This document shows positions 47,825-61,337 of a stretch of DNA of 64,000 nucleotides, in pieces. The stretch lies in NCBI RefSeq assembly GCF_009914755.1, contig NC_060939.1; one strand, written 5' to 3'. Within the stretch, counting starts at the first letter, position 1. The number at the start of each line of letters is the position of its first letter. The position numbers and the translations under genes are program-made. Source of the DNA: the human T2T-CHM13v2.0 reference genome, Homo sapiens. Below the pieces are notes generated by a model. It worked only from the letters and a program-made list of their open reading frames with translations. It did not search any database and had not been told where the DNA came from.

Positions 47825-48101
47825 AAGAAGAAGAGGAAAAAGGGTAAAAAGAAAGACATTAAGGAACAACCACTTTCTGAGGAAGAACAGCGTGCTACCT
47901 AGACACGTCATGCTTGAGGTTCAATTGGGTGCCTACCAGGGATGCTCTCTAACGTAATGAAGGGAAGGTTCAGTGAAACAAAGTGATTTAACATCTCTAA
48001 CTTCAAACCCATTTGTATCTTGACATCAATGCCGTTAACCTTATGTCGTCATTTCTTAGAGTCTTTGATATACAAATAAAAGGTTTTTTGTATTAGAAAA
48101 A
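47825..48101 (+). pseudogene. 5'-truncated processed mRNA retrocopy, parent gene unidentified
   Basis: TSD aaaa(c/t)cccctttct at 47811-47824 and 48102-48115, TT/AAAA insertion site, AATAAA at 48075 followed by an A tract; begins with a frame KKKRKKGKKKDIKEQPLSEEEQRAT*. Confidence 0.7.
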
Positions 48102-48627
48102 AAAATCCCCTTTCTCAGCAGGGACTTTTCTGACCACCCCAACTTTCCCACCACCCTCCCCATGAAACACATAAACATTTCATTTTCCTGCTTTAGTTTT
48201 TCTCCTCTAACATACTGTATATTTTGCCTTATCTGTCTGTTGTTATTGTGTGTTTTTCTCACTCTCATGAATGGGGTTTTTATTTTTCACTACCATATCC
48301 TCACTGCCTAGAAAAAGGCCTAGCATATTGGATGAAGCTACCTAATAAATACTTATTAAATGAGTGAATGGAGTTTATCCTGGATATATTGTTTGATTAA
48401 TTCTCACTTTAAAAATGTTTGACATGGTTCATTCTAACAGTTTTGCCCGGTAATTACATGCATTTTAAAAATTGTTTTGGCTCTTTATAATAAGCTACAT
48501 CCTTTATATTATTTTTTTATTTAGAGAGAAAAGCCCAATATTGTGGTTATTCACTATTTATTCTTTTACTAGTAAACATAATTGTAATTATGGTAAACTG
48601 AGTCAGAGGAATTGTAAACTTTACTGG

Positions 48628-48924
48628 TATTTTATTTTATTTTGAGATGGAGTCTTGCTGTATCCCCCAGGCTGGAGTTCAGTGGTATGATCTCAGTTCA
48701 CTGCAACCTCCGCCTTCTGGTTCATGCATTTCTCCTCCCTCAGCCGCCCAAGGAGCTGGGATTACGGGGGCATGCCACCACGCCTGGCTAATATTTGTAT
48801 TTTTAATAGAGATGGGGTTTCACCCTGTTGGTCAGGCTGGTCTCAAACTCTGTACCTCAGGTGATCCACCCACTTCGGCCTTTCAAAGTGCTGGGATTAC
48901 AGGCATGAGCCACTGTGCCTGGCC
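48628..48924 (-). mobile_element. Alu (AluS-like)
   Basis: Antisense Alu; TSD act(g/a)gtattttatt. Confidence 0.92.
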
Positions 48925-49833
48925 ACTAGTATTTTATTTAAAAAAAAATTAGGGTGGCACATTTAATGGACTTACAAATTCTTTTCAAGGGATTATGAAC
49001 CTTTGGTATTTGAAATAAAGATACAGAGTTGGAATTTTTTGCTTCCTATAGTAAGAGGAATACTGGTCAGGCACTGTCTATTCTGGTGGAGCAGGTGCTG
49101 CTGCGTGGCTGTATTTCAGAAGCAAGCTGCTCACATTGATATTGGTTGGTGAGCAAGAGCAGTGGTCATTGATTGATTGACTAGATTTCAAACTGGCTTT
49201 TGGGTGGCTTGTTGTTACCATTGGTACAAGTCATTTCTTTCCTAAGTTAGAGTCAACTTTAACCAAAAATTTTCTGTATAAAAGTTGCCTTCAATTAACT
49301 ATGTTCAAAATGAAAGTACTTTATATTCCAGAATTGTAGACTTCATTTTAAAATTTTGGTCAAGATGAATTGGTTAATAATAGCTCTCAGGAAGATCTGT
49401 TTTCCTTTTTTAAAATACATATTTCTCTGTATAATTTATTCCTTAAAATTAATTATTTTCTTTCTGTTTTTGGTATTTTTAGAAGCTTTTGCTCAAGTCC
49501 TAACATAATCTCCAGTAGGAGATTTTAGTCTCTTTGTCAGTTCATGTATGTATATGGTAGTGATACTCTCTTTTTAAATTCCTTTTCTCATTCACTTTCT
49601 TCTCAGTACAATAACAGTGATATTCTTATACATCTTTACCTCATTTAAAAGTAATTACAGTTTTCTGCTGGCAAATTCAGCTTTTTATATTTTGACTAAA
49701 TACTAGGCTAAAATTGAAGAAAATTTACCAGGTCATTTTATTTTCAAACAAAATCATTACTAATAAAAATTGCTATTTTTGAAATATAAATAATGACATT
49801 TTGATATTTTAAAAGTAAGGATACACCCCCCCC

Positions 49834-50155
49834 AATAGTTTCGCTTTGTGTTTCCACCCAAATCTCATGTCAAATTGTAATTCCCAGGTGTTGAGAGAAA
49901 GACCAGCTGGGAGGTATTGGATCATGGGGTCGGTTTCCTCCATGCTGTTCTCTTGATAGTGAGTTCTCACAAGAGCAGATAATTCTATAATGGGCTCTTT
50001 CCCTTTCACTTCTCTCTCTCCTGCCACCTTTTGAAGAAGTTGCCTGCTTCCCCTTTACCTTCTGCCATGATTGTAAGTTTCCTGAGGCCTTCCCAGCCAT
50101 GTGTAACTGTGAATCAATTAAGCCTCTTTCCTTTATGAATTACCCAGTCTCAGGT

Positions 50156-50157
<2 letters not shown>
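49834..50157 (+). mobile_element. MST/THE1-family MaLR LTR
   Basis: ccacccaaatctcatg...ccatgattgtaagtttcctgaggcc...aattacccagtctcaggtat. Confidence 0.85.
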
Positions 50158-50188
<31 letters not shown>

Positions 50189-50189
50189 A

Positions 50190-50814
50190 TTTTCTTTATT
50201 CCACTCATCAGTTGATGGACACTGGCTGATAACATATCTTTGCATATGTGAATTGTGCTGCAGTAAACATATGTATATAGGTGTCTTTTTGAGAGTATGA
50301 TTTCTTTTATTTTGGGTAGGTATCCAGAAATGAGAATGCTGGATAGAATGGTAAGATCTACTTTAACAGAACTCTCCATAATGTTTTCCATAGATTTGTA
50401 CTAATTTGTATCCCCACCAGCAGTGTATAAATCTTCTTTTTTCACCACATCCACACCAACATCTGCTGTTTTTTTTATTTTAGTAGTGACCATTCTGGCT
50501 GAAGTGAGGTGATATCTCACTGTTGTTTTATTGTACATTTCCCTGATGATTAGTAATATTTAGCATGTTTTTATATTCTTGTTCACCATTTGTACATCTT
50601 CTTTTGAAAAATGTCTATTCATGTCATGTGCCCACTTTTTAATGGATTTGTTTGTATTTTTCCTGCTGATTTGTTTGAGCTTCTGGTAGGTTATGGACAT
50701 TAATCCTTTGTTAGATTCATAATTTGCCCATATTTTCCCCATTGTATAAGTGGTTGGCTCACTTTGATGATTATTTCTTTTGCTGTGCTGAAGCTTTTTA
50801 GTTTAATTAGGTCT

Positions 50815-50855
<41 letters not shown>

Positions 50856-51795
50856 TTTTTGTTGCTTTTGCTTTCAGGGTCCTCATCATAAATTATTTGC
50901 CTAGGCTAATGTCTTCTGGTCTTAGGTTTAGGCCATTAATCCATCTTGAATTAATTTTTTACATGGTGAGAGATAGAGATCCAATTTTATTCTTCTATAT
51001 GTGACTATCTTTTTTTCCCAGCACCATTTGTTGAATAACGTGTACTTTCTCCAGTGTATGTTTTTGTATCCTTTCTCAGAGATCATTTGGTTGTAAGTGG
51101 CCTTTTTTCTGAGTTGTCTATTCTGTTCCATTGATCTGTGTATCTACTTTTATACCAGTACCATGATGTTTGTTACTGTGGCCTTAGAGTTGAAGTCAGG
51201 TAATTTGATGCCAACATGTTTGTTCCTTTTTCTTGGTATGTCTGTTGCTATTCAGGCTCTTTTGTGGTTCTACATGAATGACAGCTTTTTAAAATAACTC
51301 TGTGAAGAATGACATTGGTACTTTGGTAGAAACTGTATTGACTCTGTAGACTACTTTGGGCACTATGGCATTTTCACAATATCAATGCTTTCAGTCCAGG
51401 AACATAGAATGTATGTTCATTTATTTGTATGATCTATGATTTTCTTCAGTGGCGTTTTCCAGTTATCCTTTGATAGATCACTCACCTCCTTCATTAAGTA
51501 TATTCCTAGGTATTTTACTATTTTGCAGCCATTGTAAAAAGGATTGGATTCTTGATATGACTCTCAGCTTGGTTGTAGTTGGTGTATAGTGGTACTATTC
51601 ATTGGTATTTGTATATTTTGTAACCTCTGAGACTTTACTAAATTCATTTATCAAATCTAGGAGTGTTTTGTAGGAGTCTGTAGGGTTTTCTAGGCATAAG
51701 ATCATATCATTGGTGAAGAGAGAGTTTGACTTTCTCTTTTCCAATTTGGATGCCCTTTATTTCTCTTGCCCAATTGCTCTGCCTAGGGCTTCCCA
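50190..51795 (-). mobile_element. L1 ORF2/3' portion (L1PB/L1MA-like)
   Basis: Minus-strand ORF fragments resemble the L1 ORF2 C-terminus (TLFNKWCWEK; KKWAHDMNRHFSKEDVQM). Confidence 0.85.
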
Positions 51796-52033
51796 GTTTT
51801 CTTCTTAATATGCATGAAATAAAAGTGAAATTGAAAGCGATTAATGATCAGTTTATTTCACATCTCTCTCTCATACACAGATAAAATTAATTCAAAGTTC
51901 TATGTTAAAAACACAATATTAGACCCTGTCTTGTTCCAAAGGGAATTTCTAATTTGTCTATAAATTACAGAGGAATAAAGAATATAAGTGGAAACTGTTT
52001 CCAAAAAATAAACATAAAAAGTTTGAGTTAACA

Positions 52034-52551
52034 CAGGGGTTTCCAATCCCCAGGCCACAGACCAGTACCAGTCCCTGGCCTGTTAGGACCTGGGCCACAC
52101 AGCAAGAAGTTAGTGGTAGATGAGCAAGTGAAGCTTCATCTGTTTACAGCCACTCTCTGTCACATTACCACCTGAGCTGCTCCTCCTGTCAGATCAGCGG
52201 TGACATTAGATTCTCATAAGAGTGTGACTTGAACCCTATTGCAAGCTGCTCATGCATGGGATCTAGGTTGTTCACTCCTGATGAGAATCTAATGCTTTAT
52301 GATCTGTCACCATCTCCTGTCACCCCTAGATGAGACCATCTAGTTGCAGGAAAATAAGCTGAGGGCTCCCACTGATTCTACATGATGGTGAGTTATATAA
52401 TTATTTCATTATATATTAGTAATAATAGAAATGAAGTGCACAATGTATGTAATGTGCTTGAATCATCCTGGAACCATCCCCCACCTCAGGTCCATGGAAA
52501 AATTATCTTCCACAAAACTAGTCCCTGGTGCCAACATGACTGGGAGAGCAG
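52034..52551 (+). mobile_element. MER1A (hAT-Charlie DNA transposon)
   Basis: caggggtttccaatcccc... start; 8-bp TSD agttaaca/ggttaaca. Confidence 0.85.
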
Positions 52552-52697
52552 GGTTAACAGATGTGAGGCCCCTTTGCCTTGTCTTGGATTAATGTGCAGA
52601 TATACATTGTGTGAATGACATCTGATGGTGCCATCTTGCCCTGTAGATCATTTTAGGGACACCTCCAGTATTTCATGAAAATTAAAATTTCTTCTAG

Positions 52698-52821
52698 TGA
52701 CGAACAAAATGATACCCAGAAACAACTTTCTGAAGAACAGAACACTGGAATATCACAAGATGAGATTCTGACTAATAAACAAAAGCAGATAGAAGTGGCT
52801 GAAAAGGAAATGAATTCTGAG
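52698..52821 (+). CDS. POTEB: POTE exon 10
   Basis: ttctag|[42 protein letters not shown] |gtattt. Confidence 0.94.
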
Positions 52822-53638
52822 GTATTTTCTTTAGTCATTATCAAATGTTTTCATATGTGTGTATATTTTTAAAAAGCTTTATTTTGGAAGGTATAAAGGA
52901 TTTTTAAATCATATATATACACACACCCTGTATATCCTTGGTCATATATCTATATATGTACACATAGGATAAAGCCATGTTCTTAATTCAACTGCATTTG
53001 CCTGCAACAGTCGAGTAGTGACCTTCACAATGGCCTCAATCCAAAGGAAAAGCATTTGATATTTTTCATAAGAATTGATTATCTTTCCAATATCAAAAAT
53101 AAGTTTTGCTACTAACAACAGATTTGCTAGTTTTGGGACATTAGTTCTTTTTAAAATATTAATAGAGAAGTCAGTTTGTTATTTTCACTAATAGGAAAGT
53201 AGGAAATGTACAGCTGGGTCAGAGGCCACATTGTGGATGTCATTATCCTTGCTTTTGAGGAGAGGAACAGTTTGCTCCGAGTAGTTTCTCAATTCAATGC
53301 AAAGAGCTTTGAAAACAATGACATGCCATGATACACATTTAGTGATAATTTATTGATAAGTATTTTGTTCCCAGATGAATAGTTCAGTACGTTTCCCGTA
53401 TTTCACACTTACTACTATAATGTTTCAAACATTATGAAGAGGAAAGAAAAGTTATTGCAATGGCAAATAATCTCATGATTTCTAAGAAAAGCCTTGTAAG
53501 TTATATCTTATTTACCATTTGTATTTTGAAATAAAAGGCTTCTTTTGTATTTATATATTTACACCACAGAAGCAACTGATTTTGTGGAGGATCACTAACA
53601 GTAGCATCAGAAGACCTGGCAAAAATCTTGCACGTTGC

Positions 53639-53647
<9 letters not shown>

Positions 53648-53676
<29 letters not shown>

Positions 53677-53830
53677 TGTATTCTAGATGGAGTCTTGCAC
53701 TGTCACCCACGCTGGAGTGCAATGGCACAAACTCAGTTCACTGCAACCTCTGCCTCCCAGGTTCACATGATTCTCCTGCCTCAGCCTCCTGAAGTGCTGG
53801 GATTACAGGTGTGAGCCACTGGTCCTGGCT
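53648..53830 (-). mobile_element. (TG)n microsatellite followed by an internally deleted Alu
   Basis: Antisense Alu right arm joined directly to the 5' end of the left arm. Confidence 0.8.
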
Positions 53831-54460
53831 GCATATATTTTTTGACCTCTCCTTTTAAGAATCGTGATCTTAAATGAGTTGAGTGTTGTATGTAGAAGTG
53901 CAATGCTTAGATGCCGGTGTGTACATTGTAGAAGGGTACAATGCTTAGATTTAACAGTTATGAATAAATGTAATTCTTATAACTGACTGTAAAAATATTA
54001 GAAAAGCAGTATATTGATAAAACATTCCTCAGAAAAAGGAACTTAAAGAACTTTGAGGAATTGCTTCTGTCCTAATATATGCATAGCTGAGGCTCTTATG
54101 ATGGTGTGGTTTGTAGGTTAGATATCAGAGTGTAAACCCAATTTAAAAAATGTAGCCAAATGTATTAATCTTCTATTTTATGCCTCTGGGTTTTTTGTAA
54201 TTCAGAGAAAGGCTTTTCCAATTCTGAAATTCTTAAAAATCCTCTAGTGATTTATTTTTCATGGTCTTTAGATAAATATTTCAACTTTTTGGAATTTACA
54301 CTCTTCTAGATTTGAAGTTTTGTCCAACTTTTTTCCAGTTAAATATCCACTATGGGAATTATTTCATTATACAAATATAAATGTCATTCTTTGATTTTAG
54401 AAGAAATCATGATATGTCATTCTATTGAGTGCTAACTAAAAGTTCCCTTTGTTTACTTAG

Positions 54461-54673
<213 letters not shown>

Positions 54674-55010
54674 GTACAGTGGACAGCTTAGGATTTTGAC
54701 AACTGAGAATGCTCAGTTCTGAACTGGAGAATGTAAGACACAACTAGGAAACACTGGAAATGGAAATTCAATCATGTCATTGTAGACTGACTACTGCTCT
54801 ACATGATTGTGATCAAAGTCAGATAGCTGAAAGGGACTTCTTTCCAGAGAACAAACATCAACAGGTTTATTTACAGGAGAAAATGAATTCTTATATATCT
54901 CACCTAAAAGATAACAGTGAGATTCTTTCTGAACAACTCTAACGCTGACAGTAAAATTAACAACCTAAAAATTAAGCTCCATCACACAGGATAAATTCTG
55001 AGAGAAAAGA
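54674..55010 (+). pseudogene. Decayed ANKRD26/CCDC144-like coiled-coil coding remnant after the POTE stop
   Basis: Broken frames read YSGQLRILTTEN / LEMEIQSCHCRLTTALHDCDQSQ / LQEKMNSYISHLKDNSEILSEQL / SKINNLKIKLHHT. Confidence 0.75.
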
Positions 55011-55782
55011 TGAGGCAGGCCACCATCTTTCCTGTTTGGGCAACTTAGTCATTCCAGCGTGCGGGCTTTGGAGAGTACAAACTCACCAGGGACAGAAGAG
55101 ATCCTGTGGCATAGCACAGCTGCTTTACCAAATCATGGCCAGAATGCTTCTGTAAGCAGGCCCCTGATCCTGTTCCTCGTCACTGGACAGGATCTCCCAC
55201 CTGAGGCCTCCAGCTACACCCACCAGTGTTCCCTGGCCAATGGAGATTTGAAACCTTCCTGGGACAGAGTTCCCAGAGAGAGGGGTGGGCCATGATGGGC
55301 AGGTCTTCCTGGCCTGGGTCTCCAGCCAGCCCCCCACTTGAGCCTTCAAGCCAGTAGCAACTCAGCAACTCCCTGGACAGAGCTTCCAGGAGCAACAGAA
55401 ATCCTCTCTGCCACTGCCTCTGCAGTGGAACTGCCCTTGCTACCCTCAGAATATCAAGGGAGCAAAGACCCTAAGTGCCATATTGACACCTCCAACAAGC
55501 TGCAGTTGACACAAGGAACAAGTCAGTCCATCTTCCACGGGTACAACACACCCCTTACTGCTCATCACCAGACAAGGAACCCTGGCTTGGGCCCACAGCA
55601 CAGACCCTCCATCCTGGGGTGATTACATTAAGTAACTCCTAACTTACACCTCTCTGGGGTGGAGCCCCCAGGAGACAAGGAAAGTGGTGGAGCAGCAAGT
55701 CAGCTGATGTGGAGCCCGGAGGGCAGGGACATCTATGTCTCTAGGCTCCACTTGCTCTTATGAGACACTTTATCCCAGCACT

Positions 55783-56022
55783 TAAGGAGTGCTGAGGTCA
55801 GACCAGCCCCATCTCACGTGCAAGATTGCCCAGCACAGATCAGGTCTAAGAGTTCTCTTCCTAAAAAGGGGGACTTGCTTAAAAAAGAAGTCTGGCCGCG
55901 TTTGTGTAGAGCAGTTGTGCTGTGCTGAGGATTCACTTTTGAGAGAGTTCTCCTCTGAGACCTGATCTCTGCTGGGCAGTCTTGCACATGAGATGGGGCT
56001 GGTCTGACCTCAGCACCCCTTA
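55783..56022. repeat. Inverted repeat, 70-bp arms with a 100-bp spacer
   Basis: 55783-55852 versus reverse complement of 55953-56022: 65/70 identical by manual alignment. Confidence 0.92.
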
Positions 56023-57196
56023 GTCTGCTTGCCTCTCCCAGGACCCCAGCCAGGCCACACCTGCTTAGAGGGCACTTCTGGGTGCCCACACCATAGCTTC
56101 TGTACAAGCGGACCGTGGCTGATCAGTGGAGAGCTGCAGCAAGGTGACCTCTACAGCCACGTACCAGCCTGCACATTACCTCTCCATACTGCAGCCCTTT
56201 ATATGGAAACTTTCTACATCACTTAGCTGTGTGTGTTTACACAGGTGGGTTTTGTTGTACTTGCCCTAACAGCATATGGGAATGCAGCACACACCCCAAC
56301 CCACACCAACTGCCACTGAAGATGAAGCCATGGTGGGCACAGAACCAAAAACCCCACCCCTGCTAGCATCTCACCCTTGAGGTAATGCTGTGCAGAGGAA
56401 AAGGGACCTTCTTATACCCTGAGTGACCACTGTTGCTTGGGGGGGATCAGAGAAGGCACCTTCACTGGCCAGCCACCCACCCCAAACCAGAACTACCTCC
56501 AGTGCAACAGCACACACAGTCAGCAGGGGCCCCCTGGCCCACACCCCAGCTGTTTTGCCTCCACCACTAGGTGAATGCCCACAGGGAGGCAGGGACTTTT
56601 GCATCTGCTAGCATTCTGCCACAGCTGCCGCACTTTGGTCCCCTCAGTGCGGTGGACTCCAAACCTCGAGGAGCCAGAGAACAAAGTTGTGGCCCAATAC
56701 AAGTTCCCCAGAGTTAAAGCACACAGTCCAAGAATTGGGAGCTGCATGTTGGCCCCTTAAAATCCTCCAAAGACAAAACCTGTTGGCTGAATCCACCTTA
56801 CACCACAATCAAATCCTCAAGGTCATCAGATATAATAAAGGAAAAATACCCTGTCCAAAGGTCAGCAGCCTCAAAGATTGAAGGTGGATAAGCCCATAAA
56901 GATGAGAAAAAGACTCTGTGCAAGAACACTGAAAACTCAAAAATTCAGCATGCTTTCTTTTCTCCAAATGACTGCATCAACTCTCCAGCAAGTGTTCAGA
57001 ACTGGGCTGAGGCTGAGATGTCTGAAATGATACAAGCAGAGTTCAGGATATGGGTAGGAACAAAGTTCCCTGAGTGAAAGAGGTATGTTGTAATCCAATA
57101 CAAGGAAGCTAAAAATCATTGTAAAACTTTGCAGGAACTAACAGACAAAATAGCAAGTATAAAGAAGAAAATAACTGACCTGACAGAGCTGTAAAT

Positions 57197-57272
57197 CACA
57201 CTAGAAGAATTTTCATAATGCAGTCACACGGTGATTGTGTGTGATTGCATTATGAAAATTATTGTATGTGTG
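57197..57272 (-). ncRNA. MIR3118: microRNA hairpin of the mir-3118 family
   Basis: Fold-back cacactagaagaattttcataatgcagtcaca...tgtgattgcattatgaaaattattgtatgtgtg. Reverse complement of 57206-57228 is UGUGACUGCAUUAUGAAAAUUCU, the mature miR-3118 as I recall it. Confidence 0.85.
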
Positions 57273-58417
57273 GGCACCTGAGAGTGCCCTGTAAGCAGAT
57301 GTGGCCAGGCTGGGGTCCTGGGAGAGGCAAGCAGACTAGGGAGGGCTGAGGTCAGACCAGCTCCATCTCATGTGCAAGACCATCCAACAGAATAGACCAA
57401 GAAGAGGAAAGAATCCCAGAACCTGGAAACTGGCTTTCTGAAATAAAACAGGCAAACAAGAATGGGGGGAAAAAGAATGAAAGGGAATGAACAAAACATC
57501 CGAGAAATATGGGATTATATAAACGACTAAATCTATGACTGATTAATGTACCTGAAAGAGATGAGGAGAATGGAACCAACTTGGAAAACACATTTCAGAA
57601 TATCATTCATGAGAATGTCCCCAACCTAGCCAGACAGGCCAACACTCAACTTCAGGAAATCCAGAGAACCTCAGTAAGATATGCCATGAGAAGATCATCC
57701 CCAAGACACATAATCATCAGATTCTCTGCGGTCAAAATGAAAGAAAAAGTGTTAAAGGCAGCTAGGGAGAAAGGCAACATCACCTGCAAAGGAAATTCCA
57801 TCAGACTTAGCAGACCTCTCAACTGAAACTGTACAAGCCAGAAAAGATATTCAACATCTTAAAGAAAAGAAATTTCAACCCAGAATTTCATGTCCAGCAA
57901 AATTAAGCATCATAAGTGAAGGAGAAACAAGATCCTTTTCAGACAAGCAAATGCTGAGGGAATTCATTATCACCAGACCTACCTTACAAGAGCTCCTGAA
58001 GGAAGCACTAAATATGGAAAGAAAAGACCACCACCAGCCACTACAAAAACACACTGAAGTACACAGACAAGTGATGCTAAAAACCAACCACATACATAAG
58101 TCTGCAAAAAAGCCAGCTGACAGCATGACGAGAGGATCAAATCCACACATACCATTACTAACCTTAAATGGAAATGGGCTAAATGCTCCAATTGAAAGAC
58201 ACAGGGGGCAAGCTGGATAAAGAACCAAGACCCATTGGAGTATGCCGTCTTCAAGAAACCCATCTCACATGCAGTGCCCTACATAGGCTCAAAATAAAGG
58301 AATGGAGAAAAATATTTCAAGGAAATGGAAAATAGAAAAAAGCAGGTGTTGCACTCCTAGTTTCTGACAAAGCAGACTATACCAATAAAGATTAAAAAGA
58401 AAAAAAAAAAGACAGAG

Positions 58418-59685
<1,268 letters not shown>

Positions 59686-59687
59686 TA

Positions 59688-61283
59688 TTTTTTTTTAATT
59701 ATACTTTAAGTTCTGGGGTACATGTGCAGAACATGCAGGTTTGTTACATACGTATACACATGCTATGGTGGCTTGCTGCATGCACCAACCCATGATCTAA
59801 TGCCATCCCTTTTCTAGCCCCCCACCCTGACAGGCCCTTGTGTGTGATGTTTCCCTTCCTGTGTCCATGTGTTCTCATTGTTCAGGTCCTACTTATGAGT
59901 GAGATCATGTGGTGTTTGGTTTTCTGTTCTTGTGTTAGTTTGCTGAGAATGACAGTTTCCAGCTTCATCCATGTCCCTGCAAAGGATATGAACTCATCCT
60001 TTTTTATGACTGCATAGTATTCCATGGTGTATATATGCCACATTTTCTTTATCCAGTCTATCATTGGTGGGCATTTGGGTTGGTTCCAAGTCTTTCCTGT
60101 TGTGAACACTGCCGCAATAAGCATACGTGTGCATGTGTCTTTATATTGGAATGATTTATATTTTTTTGAGTATATACACTGTAATGGGATTGCTGGGTCA
60201 AATGGTATTTCTAGTTGTAGATCCTTGAGGAATCATCACACTGTCTTCCACGATGGTTGAACTGATTTATACTCCCACCAACAGTGTAAAAGCATTCCTA
60301 TTTCTCCACATCCTCTCCAGCTTCTGTTGTTTCTTGATTTTTTAATGATGGCCATTCCAAGTGGCGTAAGATTGTATCTCATTATGGTTTTGAATTCCAT
60401 TTCTCTAATGACCAGTGCTTTGCTTCACATGTTCATTGGCTGCGTAAATGTCTCCTTTGGGAAGTGTCTGTTCATATCCTTTGCCCACTTTTTGATGGGG
60501 TTGTTTGTTTTTTTCTTGTAAATTTGTTTAAGTTTTTATAGATTCTGCATATTAGCCCTTTGTCAGATGGATAGATTGCAACAATTTTCTCCCTTTCTGA
60601 GGGTTGCCTGTTCACTCTGATGATAGTTTCTTTTGCTGTGCAGACACTCTTTAGTTTAATTAGATCCCATTTGTCAATTTTGGCTTTTGTTGCCATCGCT
60701 TTTGGTGTTCTAGTGATGAAGTCTTCGCCTATGCCTATGTCCTGAATGGTATTGCCTAACACAAGGACATTTCTGTGCCTGAATGCCATATCTCCCAAAG
60801 TAATTTATAGAATCAGTGCCATCTCCATGAAGCTACCATTGACTTTCTTCCCACAATTAGAAACACTACTTTAAATTTCATATGGAGCCAAAAAAGAGCT
60901 CGTGTAGCCAAGACAATCTAAGCAAAAACAACAAAGCTGGAGGCATCATGGTACCTGACTTCAAACTATTCTACAAGGCTACAGTAACCAAAACAGCATG
61001 GTACTGGTACCAAACCAGATATATAGACAAATGGAACAGAACAGAGGCCTCAGAAATGACACAACACATCTAAAACCATCTGATCTTTGACAAACCTGAC
61101 AAAAACAAGCAATGGGGAAAGGATTCCTTATTCAATAAATGGTGTTAGGAAAACTGGCTAGCCATATGCAGAAAACTGAAACTGGGCCACTTCCTTACAC
61201 TTTATACAAAAATTAACTTACGATGGATTGAAGAGTTAAACTTAAGACCTAAAACCATAAAAAACCTAGAAGAAAACCTAGGC
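59688..61283 (-). mobile_element. L1PA, 5'-truncated with 5' inversion
   Basis: 59688-60757 is an antisense 3' end; ~60782-61283 is a sense ORF2 piece. The two pieces are contiguous in L1 at ...gaaaacctaggc/taggcaataccattcagg. Confidence 0.88.
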
Positions 61284-61337
61284 CACCAAACTCAGGAGAA
61301 ATGTACTTGTAGTGCAATGCATGGTACAAACACACAT

